In this document: one piece after another, positions 8,230-17,269 of the stretch | Position numbering within the stretch: position 1 is the first letter of the stretch | Layout of the letters: each line of letters begins with the position of its first letter | NCBI GenBank assembly: GCA_026393975.1 | Contig: JAPKZD010000012.1 | Location: 27,007 to 91,006 of the forward strand | DNA length: 64,000 nucleotides | Origin: Candidatus Aminicenantes bacterium | GTDB lineage: Bacteria; Acidobacteriota; Aminicenantia; Aminicenantales; Saccharicenantaceae | Reading direction: 5' to 3' | The notes under the pieces: model-generated | The model's input: only the letters and a program-made list of their open reading frames with translations | What the model was told of the DNA's origin: nothing | Databases searched by the model: none | Program-made: the position numbers and the translations under genes

Positions 8230-9408
8230 TCAATTCATGACGACGCCGCCGGCCGCGGCCTTGGCCGGGTCTCCGAGATAGCGCCCGACGCCGTTCTTGA
8301 CGACGTCGGCGTAGCGGGGGACGCCCCGGAGGACGATGGGCCGGTCCGGCGTTTTCTTGGAGAATTGACGGAATATCTCGAGGGTCACGGACAGGTTCTG
8401 ACCGACCCGCTTCTCCAGCGACCAGCCGCTTTCGTCGTAAGGGACGAAGAGCTTCTTTTTTTTGGACAAGCTGAGCAGGAACGGGTCCTTGCCATCGAGA
8501 AGGAACTTCGTCGTCTTCGGTCCTGTGGGCTGGTCGAGGAAGGGGATGGGGGCCTCGAGGAGGAAGGGCATGGTCGCGGAGTAGTCGCCGATCTCCCTGT
8601 GGGACAAACCGCGGAATCCGACCGGCGAAGGCTCGACGTGGTTCTCGAAACCCTCCATGGCCTTCACGGTCAGGGAAGCCAGGGTCGCGATTTTGACCGA
8701 TTTTTCCGGGGCGACGATGCAGTTTGTCACCGGAAACATCGTCTCCGCGCCGTGGATGTCGACGGCCACGTCGATCTTGTCGCGGCGCATGAGCTCCATG
8801 GCCCCGAAGGTCACCCGTTCCATGAGTGGGCCGTCCGGCCTTCCCGGCCAGGTCCGGTTGGTGTTACGGACGTCGAGGAACGAGAGGAGCTGCCGGTCCG
8901 GGTAGTGGATGTAGACGTCCGGGTCGGGCCACTGGTCGAGCGGGGAGGCGTCGCGGTTGCCGAAGCGGAACCGCCGCGAGCCCCAGTCCGTCGGGACGTC
9001 GAAGGTGAGCGGGTAGCCGTCGCCCGGGCGCGTGTTGCGGCTGCCGCTGTTGTTGAAGAAGGGGATGACGTAAATCGTGCCCTTCTCGACGACGGCGTTC
9101 TCGATAAAGACAAGGGCGGTGAGCATGCCCTCGGGTTCGTTCGAGTGGGTGTTGCCCATGATCAGGGCCTTGCCGCCTGGCTCTTTCCCCTGAAGGACAA
9201 AAATATACGTGTCGCCCGCCGTGCCCTTGAGCCGCGGAGAGAAATCGCTCAGGCGGAGGACCGCGGTTACGCCCGGGCCTTTGATGATAGGGACATCGTA
9301 ATGCCTGTGGCGGAAAAGCGGCAGGCCGCCCCAGAGGACGAGGCCGAGGAAAGCGCCCGCCAGAATGGCCTTGAGCAGAAATTCCCGTTTCATGCCGTCG
9401 TCTTTCAT
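8230..9408 (-). CDS. Succinylglutamate desuccinylase/aspartoacylase-like (M14 zinc hydrolase) with N-terminal membrane anchor
   Basis: GNTHSNEPEG (HxxE), RNTNRTWPG, VDIHG and LLEAP motifs. Confidence 0.8.
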   Translation of the reverse strand: MKDDGMKREFLLKAILAGAFLGLVLWGGLPLFRHRHYDVPIIKGPGVTAVLRLSDFSPRLKGTAGDTYIFVLQGKEPGGKALIMGNTHSNEPEGMLTALVFIENAVVEKGTIYVIPFFNNSGSRNTRPGDGYPLTFDVPTDWGSRRFRFGNRDASPLDQWPDPDVYIHYPDRQLLSFLDVRNTNRTWPGRPDGPLMERVTFGAMELMRRDKIDVAVDIHGAETMFPVTNCIVAPEKSVKIATLASLTVKAMEGFENHVEPSPVGFRGLSHREIGDYSATMPFLLEAPIPFLDQPTGPKTTKFLLDGKDPFLLSLSKKKKLFVPYDESGWSLEKRVGQNLSVTLEIFRQFSKKTPDRPIVLRGVPRYADVVKNGVGRYLGDPAKAAAGGVVMN

Positions 9409-9554
9409 TTTACCCGCAGGAGCCTCAGAAGGAGGGGGATCATGACCAGGAGGTAGAGGACAAGGTCGTCACGGCTCTTCTTCTCCCGGACGAAATTCCA
9501 ACCGAAGAGGACGAGGACAAAGGCCGTGATGACATAATAGGCGATCATGATCAT
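9405..9554 (-). CDS. 49-aa two-helix membrane protein (below the ORF-track cutoff)
   Basis: MIMIAYYVITAFVLVLFGWNFVREKKSRDDLVLYLLVMIPLLLRLLRVK*; GAAGGA RBS; its stop overlaps the next ATG (ATGA); fills the gap between the transporter and hydrolase genes. Confidence 0.8.
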   Translation of the reverse strand: MIMIAYYVITAFVLVLFGWNFVREKKSRDDLVLYLLVMIPLLLRLLRVK

Positions 9555-9573
9555 CGGTGCGTCCTTCGCCTTT

Positions 9574-10881
9574 CTACATGCTCCATTTGACTAGGAAGGT
9601 CAGCTTCGAGCTGAAGATGATCATGGCCATGCCCACGGCGGTGATGACCAGCCAGGGGAGCCAGGTCGCTTTAAGAAATTCCTTGTAGGAGCCTTCGTAC
9701 CCGGAAACCATATTGCTCAGCCGGCCGATGAGGGCCGTCGGCGGCAGGCCGTCGCCGAGGGGCCAAAGGAGGCTCAGCCCGGCGATGACGACCGTCGCAT
9801 GAAAGCCGATCGAGTCCAGGAACCAGATCAGGGGAATGCCGATGATCGCCGCCCCGCCATAGGTCAGGATGCCCTCGGAGAAGGGGATGATGACCGGGAG
9901 GAGGAAGAAGAGGAGGACGAGCGGCGTCGATATGACGGCGAACGACAGGAGGCCGCGGACGCCGGTCACGGTCATGATCTGCTGGAGCATGCCGACGACG
10001 ACCATGGTCGCGAGAAGAGGCAGAAGTCTCTTTGCTGTGTCCCGGGCCAGAGTGAGAAACGGGATTTTTTTTGGGCTGAGGAGAAGGGCTACCGCGCCGG
10101 CGATGGCGAACTCGAGGGACAGGCCGAAGATGGGCGTCGCGAAGGGCCAGGCCCGGTAGGCGATGACCAGCCCGAAAAAGACGGCGAAAGGCAGGAGGAC
10201 CCGCCACCAGGTCATGCCCTTCGGCGGCTCGGGCAATTCGGCGGGTCCCGCCGCGGCACCCGGGTCCTTCTTCAGGCCAAGGACGAGGACGGTGAAAGCG
10301 CCCAGGATAAGGACGGGGATGCCCAGGGTGAACTCGAACCCGACGTAGGGGATGGCCGTCCCGGCGCAGAGGATCATGGCCCAGATGTTGACTGGGGGCG
10401 CGGCCGCGCTCAGACCGGCCACGATGAAGAGGATGGCGGCCACCTTCTTGCGGGAGACGCCGAGGCGGCCGAGAGCCATGGCCACGGGGGCCCCGACGAC
10501 GAGTAGCGACACGCTCCCGGCTCCGGTCAGGGCGCCGGGGATGAGGACGATGACCATCAAGACGAGCAGGACGAGGACCCGCTTCTTCCCGAAGACGCGG
10601 AGCGTCGCCCGGACGACGTAGACGACGCCGCCCGATTCGTTGACGATGGTCATGAAGAGCGTCGCCGTGAAGAAGACGAGGATGACGTCGAGATAGGTGA
10701 AAGAGCCCTCGACGAGGTGGCGCCCCAGGTCGGCGATAGGCGGCGTCTTGAGGAACGCTCCTGCGACGCCGCAGGCCAGGGCCGAAGCGAACATGCTCAG
10801 CTCGACGGACAGCTTGGCGGTCTTGGCCGCGACATACGCGGCGATCATGACCGCGAGAATGATCAAGATCTGTGTCGTCAT
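9574..10881 (-). CDS. TRAP DctM-like / ion-transporter superfamily permease
   Basis: About 12 hydrophobic segments; IPGALTGAG, AAPPVNIWAMI, LGDGLPPTALIG. Start taken at MTTQILII. Confidence 0.75.
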   Translation of the reverse strand: MTTQILIILAVMIAAYVAAKTAKLSVELSMFASALACGVAGAFLKTPPIADLGRHLVEGSFTYLDVILVFFTATLFMTIVNESGGVVYVVRATLRVFGKKRVLVLLVLMVIVLIPGALTGAGSVSLLVVGAPVAMALGRLGVSRKKVAAILFIVAGLSAAAPPVNIWAMILCAGTAIPYVGFEFTLGIPVLILGAFTVLVLGLKKDPGAAAGPAELPEPPKGMTWWRVLLPFAVFFGLVIAYRAWPFATPIFGLSLEFAIAGAVALLLSPKKIPFLTLARDTAKRLLPLLATMVVVGMLQQIMTVTGVRGLLSFAVISTPLVLLFFLLPVIIPFSEGILTYGGAAIIGIPLIWFLDSIGFHATVVIAGLSLLWPLGDGLPPTALIGRLSNMVSGYEGSYKEFLKATWLPWLVITAVGMAMIIFSSKLTFLVKWSM

Positions 10882-11170
10882 GCCTAATGCCCCGCATCTT
10901 ACAGGAATTCGGACGGTTCGGTCAACACGCCCCTTTGACGCCATCCGTGCTGTGATGGGGACCGGCGAGGAGTCGTTCTTAATAACCTGTGCTGAAACCT
11001 AACGAGCTTCCCTAGCGTTATAGACAAAACCCGATGATTCCGCTAAGATGTCCGCGGAAAGGGGTCGAAAGGAGTTTCGACCTATGTTTGATTCAAGGCC
11101 TCCTGTCCGGGAGGGCATTTCCAAACCCGCTCTTTTTCCGCTACAATATGGTCCTATAAGGAGGACATCC

Positions 11171-14100
11171 ATGCGGCAATCCGCTTTTTCAAAATTCCTC
11201 TTCGCGTTGAGCCTCGTGGGCTTCCTGGCCGGCATGGGTGCGCCGGGCCTCCAGGCCCAGTATTACGGCCGGAACAAAGTCCAGTACCAGAAGTTCGACT
11301 TCAAGATCATGAAGACCCGGCACTATGACATCTATTTCTATCTCCAGGACGAGCAGACGGTCAAGCTCGCCGCCCTCATGGCCGAGCGCTGGTATTCGCG
11401 ACTTTCCCGGATGTTCAATCACGAACTCAAGGGCCGCCAGCCTCTCATCCTCTACGGGAGCGGGCTCCTGGGCGAAGGGACGGGCGGCGTTACCGAGTCG
11501 TTCAAGCGCCGGATCGTCCTGCCCTACGGGGCCTCGCTCTCCGAAACAAACCATGTCATCGGGCACGAGCTTGTCCACGCCTTCCAGTACGACATCATGG
11601 CCCAAGGTCATTCCGACCAGGCCCGGGGGAACGAGATGGGCCTCCGCATTCCCCTCTGGTTCATCGAGGGCATGGCCGAGTATCTCTCCATCGGCCCGGT
11701 CGACCAGAACACCTCGATGTGGATGCGCGACGCCGTGCGCCGCAAGCAGCTGCCCCAGATCAGCAAGCTCGACAACTCCTACAAATATTTCCCCTACCGC
11801 TGGGGCCATGCCGTCTGGGCCTACATCACCGGTCGCTGGGGGGACGAAGTCATCGGCAAGATGATGAAATCGGTCGGCCGCTCCGGGGACTACCAAGTCA
11901 TCCTGGAGAGCGTGCTCGGCATCAAGCTGAAGCAGCTTTCGGCCGATTGGCATAAGTCGATGGAGGACGCCTACACCCCGCTCATCGAAAAAACCCAGAC
12001 GCCCGACAAGTTCGCCAAGGCGTTGTTCAAGGGCGTGGAGTCCAATCCCTACAACATCGCGCCGTCGATCAGCCCGGATGGCAAAGAACTCGTGTTTCTT
12101 TCGACCCGGGACCTTTTCTCGATCGACCTTTACCTGGCGGATGCCGACACCGGCAAGATCAGGCGGAAGATCATCTCGACCGCCGTGGACCCCCATTTCG
12201 AGAGCATCCAGTTCATCAAGTCCGCCGGATCCTGGGACGCCAAGGGCGAGAAATTCGTCTTTGGCGGCGTGGCCAAGGGCCGACCGGTCCTGACCATTCT
12301 CGACATGAAGAAAGACAAGATCGAGCGGGAGATCCCCTTCGGCGAGCTGGCCGAGATCCTCAGCCCGGCCTGGTCGCCGGACGGGCGCTACATCACCTTC
12401 ACCGCCCTGGCTGGCGGGGTCTCGGACATCTTCATCTACGACCTCAAGGACAACGTCCTCAAGCAGATGACCCGGGACGTCTTCGCCGACCTCCAGCCGG
12501 TCTGGTCGCCCGACGGCAAAACCATCGCCTTCGTCACCGAGCGGTTCTCGACCAACCTCGACTGGGTCGATATCGGGAACTACGAACTGGCCCTGCTCGA
12601 CGTCGAGTCGGGCCGGATCCAGAAGATCCTCGGTTTCCCCAACGGCAAGAACATCAATCCCCAATGGACCGCGGACTCGAAGGGGCTCTATTTCCTCTCC
12701 GACCAGAACGGCAAGACCGACCTCTACCGGATCGATATCGCCTCGGGCAAGCTCTTCCAGATCACGAATCTGTATACGGGCATCAGCGGTATCACCGATC
12801 TCAGCCCGGCCATCTCCGTGGCCCAAGAGACGGGTCGCGTCGTCTTCTCCGGCTACCAGGACAGCTACTACACCGTTTACTCGATCGACGACCCGAAGGT
12901 CCTCGAAGGGCAATCCTTCCTGGCCCAGTTCGAACGCAACCCGGCCCTGCTGCCGCCGCGCGCGGAAGCCGAGGGTTCGCTCCTCGGCCTCCTCAAGAAC
13001 CCGCTCTTCGGCCTGCCCAAGGACACGAACTTCGCCATCTCCGCCTACAAGCCCAAGCTCGGCCTGGACTACATCTCGCCGCCCAACATCGCCGTCGGGG
13101 TCGACCGCTACGGGACCTACGGCGCGGGCGGCATCTCCGCCTACTGGAGCGACATGCTCGGCACCCAGACGATCGTCACGACCGCCTTCACCGGCTCCCG
13201 CCTCATCGACACGTCCGGGGTCCTGGCCTACCTCAACAATAAAGGCCGTTTCAACTGGGGCGCGGCGGCCCAGCGGATCGTCTACCCCTACCCGTATTAC
13301 TACATCTATGAGGATGAATTCGGCGGGCAGCCCGCGATCTTCGAGGTCGAGGACGTCTACCGTCTCATCAATTACGACCTCTCGCTCTTCGGTTCCTATC
13401 CCTTCAGCCAAGTCAGCCGGTTCACCCTGAGCGGCGGCTTCCGGGCCCAGGGCTTCAACCACACCGTCTACACGAGGATCTATGACGTCAACACCGGGTA
13501 CTTGATCTCCTACGAGAAGACCCACCCGAACGATGTGTCCAAGGCCCTATCCTTCGGCTACCTGACGGCCGGCTACTATTACGACACCGGGATCTTCGGA
13601 GCGACGAGCCCGATCCTTGGCCAGAGCATGGGGCTGGCCGTATCGCCGTCCGTCGGCAATATCAATTTCGTGACGGTCTCCGCGGATATCCGGAAGTATG
13701 TCATGCCCGTCAGACCTCTCACGCTGGCTTTCCGGGCTCTCCACCTGGGTCGCTACGGGGGCGGCGCCGAGGACGAACGCTTCTACCCGCTTTACATCGC
13801 CTACTGGGACCTCGTCCGCGGCTACGAATCCTTCTCCAACGCGGAGATGAACGCGTACCAACAGGATCCGGCTAAAGCCTTCGATCTCAACCGGCTCTAC
13901 GGCAGCAAGATGATCGTGGGCAATGTGGAACTCCGGTTTCCGCTGCTGGGCCTCCTCGGCCTGGGCAAGGGCTACTTCGGCGCCTGGCCCCTCGAGTTCT
14001 ACGGGTTCTTCGACTGGGGCATCGCCTACGCCGATAGTCTTGGACGGTGGTGGTCCAATCCGGGGGACACGGATGTCAAGGACGTCAAGCCCTGGTTCGC

Positions 14101-14251
14101 GGGAGGGAATCGGAAGCCCATCAGCAGCTACGGGATCGGCTTGAGGACCAACCTCTTTGGCTACCTCATCCTCGGGTTGAACTACGTCTACCCGATCGAC
14201 CGGCCGGTTCGCGGCTGGCATCTCCAGATGAGCATCAGCCCGGGCTTTTAA
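11171..14251 (+). CDS. Outer-membrane Omp85/BamA-type barrel fused to an N-terminal zincin (peptidase MA-like) domain and a TolB/PD40 beta-propeller
   Basis: AAGGAGG RBS; signal peptide; HELVH...WFIEGMAE; repeated PSISPDG/PAWSPDG/PVWSPDG; LVRGY motif; C-terminal Phe (ISPGF). Confidence 0.85.
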   Translation: MRQSAFSKFLFALSLVGFLAGMGAPGLQAQYYGRNKVQYQKFDFKIMKTRHYDIYFYLQDEQTVKLAALMAERWYSRLSRMFNHELKGRQPLILYGSGLLGEGTGGVTESFKRRIVLPYGASLSETNHVIGHELVHAFQYDIMAQGHSDQARGNEMGLRIPLWFIEGMAEYLSIGPVDQNTSMWMRDAVRRKQLPQISKLDNSYKYFPYRWGHAVWAYITGRWGDEVIGKMMKSVGRSGDYQVILESVLGIKLKQLSADWHKSMEDAYTPLIEKTQTPDKFAKALFKGVESNPYNIAPSISPDGKELVFLSTRDLFSIDLYLADADTGKIRRKIISTAVDPHFESIQFIKSAGSWDAKGEKFVFGGVAKGRPVLTILDMKKDKIEREIPFGELAEILSPAWSPDGRYITFTALAGGVSDIFIYDLKDNVLKQMTRDVFADLQPVWSPDGKTIAFVTERFSTNLDWVDIGNYELALLDVESGRIQKILGFPNGKNINPQWTADSKGLYFLSDQNGKTDLYRIDIASGKLFQITNLYTGISGITDLSPAISVAQETGRVVFSGYQDSYYTVYSIDDPKVLEGQSFLAQFERNPALLPPRAEAEGSLLGLLKNPLFGLPKDTNFAISAYKPKLGLDYISPPNIAVGVDRYGTYGAGGISAYWSDMLGTQTIVTTAFTGSRLIDTSGVLAYLNNKGRFNWGAAAQRIVYPYPYYYIYEDEFGGQPAIFEVEDVYRLINYDLSLFGSYPFSQVSRFTLSGGFRAQGFNHTVYTRIYDVNTGYLISYEKTHPNDVSKALSFGYLTAGYYYDTGIFGATSPILGQSMGLAVSPSVGNINFVTVSADIRKYVMPVRPLTLAFRALHLGRYGGGAEDERFYPLYIAYWDLVRGYESFSNAEMNAYQQDPAKAFDLNRLYGSKMIVGNVELRFPLLGLLGLGKGYFGAWPLEFYGFFDWGIAYADSLGRWWSNPGDTDVKDVKPWFAGGNRKPISSYGIGLRTNLFGYLILGLNYVYPIDRPVRGWHLQMSISPGF

Positions 14252-14389
14252 GGCTTTTTCGGGAGCCGGGGGACGAAGGCGCTCGTCTTGCGGGCGTAGG
14301 CTTGGAACGCCGGCGATGAAAGCGTAGTACAGTCTCAGCCTTTCTCTTTCTCTATCCTATCCATTGCAGCCGGAAAATCCGATCGAACC

Positions 14390-15718
14390 CTACGATCGGC
14401 CTTGGCCCGTCTCGACCATTGCCGGAGGCCGGAAGGCCACAGCCAGCAAGATAGCGGCTCCCAGCGCGGTCAGGCACGGCAGCAAGAACATCGACCGGAA
14501 GTCCGTAACGCCGTTGACGGTGAAGACCGATTGTATCAGCCACGGGCACAGCGAGTTGGCCGCCAGTACTCCGATGCCCAGGATCATCACATTGAACAGC
14601 CCCTGCGCGCTCGAACGAACGTCCTTGGGGAAATACGCGTCCACAAAAATGTATACCGTGGCGAAGAAGAAAGCGTAGCAAATGCCATGCAAGACCTGGA
14701 TGGCCACGATCATCCATGGCTGGGAGGGGAAAAAGGCGTATACCGCGAACCGGCCGGCATGCCCAAGAATGCCAATGAGCATCGTAATCCGCCAGCCGAG
14801 TTTTTTCAACACGGCTCCCAGGACGAGCATGGTCAGGATCTCCGAGACCTGACCCAAACTCATGACGGGCATGATCCAGTTGCCAGGAATGCCGACGCCG
14901 CCGGCCTCGGGCCTGGCGCCGAGGAACGAAGCGGTCCAGTTGAAATACGAGTTATGAACGAAAGCGTCGACGAACGTCAAGAACCACAGGATCAGCACGA
15001 AGGGGTGCTTGAGCAACTTCACCGCTTCAAGCCAAGCGAAGCGTTCGGCAGCGGAAGCATCCAGCTTTTTTTTCTTTGGAGGGGTGTGGGGGAGGAGCAG
15101 GCTGTAAGCGGCTAGACCCAGGGAGACGACGCCCGCTACGATGAATGTCCAGCGCGTCGCTTGTTTCAACGCTTGGCCGGTGAGCCCTGAGCCGAGGGCC
15201 GTTCCGAGCCATGCGACCACTCCATGCGGCGCCGCCGCCCTGACTCGGGCCCAATCCACAAAGATGAACGTGAATGGCCAGGCTGCGAGAATCCAGCCTA
15301 TGGTGCCCCCCATGCGGACAAAACCGAACTCCTTCCGCGCGTCCTTCATGTGGGTGAAGGCGATCGAGTTGGCGATCGAGATGGTCGGGACGTAGAAAAG
15401 GCAATGCACGAGCATCAGGACAAAGAAGGGCCAGAACTCGCGGGTGAATCCCAGCCCGAGTATTGCGAGTCCGCCGATGAGGTGACTCATACCCAGGAAC
15501 TTCTCAGCGGCGAAATGGCGATCCGCGAACTGGTTACTGAAAAACATGCCGACGATGGCGGAGAGGGGGAAGGCATTCAGGATCCAGGCCTGCTGGGTCG
15601 TTGTAAATCCGAGACTTGGCAAATAGCTGAATATCAGCGGAAGCCATGCTCCCCATATGAAGAACTCCATCACCATCATGATAAATAGTCTGCTGCGCGT
15701 ACTCTTTGCCGCTGTCAT
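14390..15718 (-). CDS. MFS nucleoside:H+ symporter family permease (NupG/XapB-like)
   Basis: MEFFIWGAW, FADRHFAAEK, YVPTISIANSIAF, RMGGTIGW, LGQVSEI, LHGICYAFFF, RSSAQGLF. Confidence 0.9.
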   Translation of the reverse strand: MTAAKSTRSRLFIMMVMEFFIWGAWLPLIFSYLPSLGFTTTQQAWILNAFPLSAIVGMFFSNQFADRHFAAEKFLGMSHLIGGLAILGLGFTREFWPFFVLMLVHCLFYVPTISIANSIAFTHMKDARKEFGFVRMGGTIGWILAAWPFTFIFVDWARVRAAAPHGVVAWLGTALGSGLTGQALKQATRWTFIVAGVVSLGLAAYSLLLPHTPPKKKKLDASAAERFAWLEAVKLLKHPFVLILWFLTFVDAFVHNSYFNWTASFLGARPEAGGVGIPGNWIMPVMSLGQVSEILTMLVLGAVLKKLGWRITMLIGILGHAGRFAVYAFFPSQPWMIVAIQVLHGICYAFFFATVYIFVDAYFPKDVRSSAQGLFNVMILGIGVLAANSLCPWLIQSVFTVNGVTDFRSMFLLPCLTALGAAILLAVAFRPPAMVETGQGRS

Positions 15719-15767
15719 GCTCACTTCTCCTTTTATCTAACAGCTGTCCCAGGCGCCTGATGGCCGA

Positions 15768-17249
15768 TCAGAGCTCCTTGAGGAAAATGTTCCGGAAGAA
15801 GGGGGGCGACTGGCTGTCGTGGTTCTGGAGGCCGACGTACCCCTCGGGAGAGAGGTCCTTGACCTTGCCGCCCGGCTTAGCCTCCCAGTCCATGACCGGC
15901 TTCCCGTTGAGCTCGATGCGGAGATGGGCGCCCTTGAACTCGATCTTGAAGTGGTTCCATTCGCCCGCGGGGAGCGAGGCCGCGAGCTTGGGCGCCTCGA
16001 TGTCGTAGGCGGCCCCGGTGTGGTGGATGCCCGTCGACTTATCGTCGATCTGGATCTCGATCGAATGATAGATGTAGTCGTCGCTCACGGGGACGGAGGG
16101 CACGCGGAGGAAGATGCCCGAGTTCGTCGTCTCGGTCGAACATTTGAAATCGCACTCGAGGATGAAATCCCTGACCTTTTTCGAGTACCAAAGGAGGCCC
16201 ATGCCGCCCTGGCCCTTGAGGACGCCCGTCTTCGGGTCGCACTCGAAGTAGCCCGGCCCGTAGTGGTTCCAGCCGTGCTTCTCGTAGCCGCCCCAGTCCC
16301 GTTTGAGGATCTGGTCGTAGCCTTCGTAATAGGTCACGCTCTTGACGTAGGCGATGCTCTTGCGGAAGGCGGGCATGGGGTCGCCGACCTCGGACTCGTT
16401 CTCGTATTCCATCGTCAGGTAGCCGTCGTAGTCCTGGAGGGTCAGCTCGGCCAGGAGGTCGCGGATCATTCCCTTGCCGGCGCCCCAGGGGACGTCGTCG
16501 ACGCCCTTGGCCGTCCCGAAATCGCTCCGGTCCTTGAGGTGGACGTCGAGGATGCGGCCTTTCAGGAGCTTGAAGGCCTCGCGCGGGTCGTTCATGCCCC
16601 GCATCCAGTGGCCGCTGTCGGCGCAGGAGCCGATACGCGCGTCCTTGCCGTCGACGTGGCTGAAGACGGTCTCGGGCAGATTGTACTTCGAGGGCGCAGG
16701 ATGGTTGTGGATGGCGATCTTGATGTCGTATTCCCTGACCAGCTTCTCGAGCAGGGTGAAATCGTCGTCGGCCGGCTCGCAGACGATGACGCGGATGCCC
16801 ATCTTACGGGCGAAGTCGAAGACCTTGCGCATGCTTTCTTCGGTCTTGCCGATGTCGACGACGCCGTAGCCGTAGAGCGTGACGCCAGCCGTCTTGAGGG
16901 CGTCCTTAGCGAAGGTGACCTGTTCGGCGGTCATCTTCTCGTCGAAGCGGGCGCCGGGCAGCTCGGCGGCGAGGGCCTGGCCGGGGAAGGCCTCGACCGC
17001 TGCGACGCCGAGCTCCTTGAGCATCCGGAGCGTCTCGACGAAGGTAAACTTGCGGAACGTCCAGGCCTCCGCGGCGAAGGGGAATTTCTTGATGCGGACG
17101 CTCGCGTAGTCCGTCGCCGCGACGGCCTTCTGGAGCTCGGACGATATGTGCCGGATCTGCGGTGCTGTCGGCGGGACTGCAGCAAGGGCCGGGGCGGCCG
17201 CCGAGCTGAGGATGAGGGCGAGGGCGATGATCGCGGGAATGCGTTTCAT
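15768..17249 (-). CDS. Secreted sugar-phosphate isomerase/epimerase TIM barrel fused to DUF1080 (3-keto-disaccharide hydrolase-like)
   Basis: Signal peptide; IAIHNH, DSGHW, VHLKD, VPWGAG, MEYE (TIM barrel); then DFILECDFK, NSGIFLR, EIQIDD, GEWNHFKI, GYVGLQNH, FRNIFLKEL (DUF1080). Confidence 0.88.
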   Translation of the reverse strand: MKRIPAIIALALILSSAAAPALAAVPPTAPQIRHISSELQKAVAATDYASVRIKKFPFAAEAWTFRKFTFVETLRMLKELGVAAVEAFPGQALAAELPGARFDEKMTAEQVTFAKDALKTAGVTLYGYGVVDIGKTEESMRKVFDFARKMGIRVIVCEPADDDFTLLEKLVREYDIKIAIHNHPAPSKYNLPETVFSHVDGKDARIGSCADSGHWMRGMNDPREAFKLLKGRILDVHLKDRSDFGTAKGVDDVPWGAGKGMIRDLLAELTLQDYDGYLTMEYENESEVGDPMPAFRKSIAYVKSVTYYEGYDQILKRDWGGYEKHGWNHYGPGYFECDPKTGVLKGQGGMGLLWYSKKVRDFILECDFKCSTETTNSGIFLRVPSVPVSDDYIYHSIEIQIDDKSTGIHHTGAAYDIEAPKLAASLPAGEWNHFKIEFKGAHLRIELNGKPVMDWEAKPGGKVKDLSPEGYVGLQNHDSQSPPFFRNIFLKEL

Positions 17250-17269
17250 GGGGTCTCCTTTGTTCGCTT

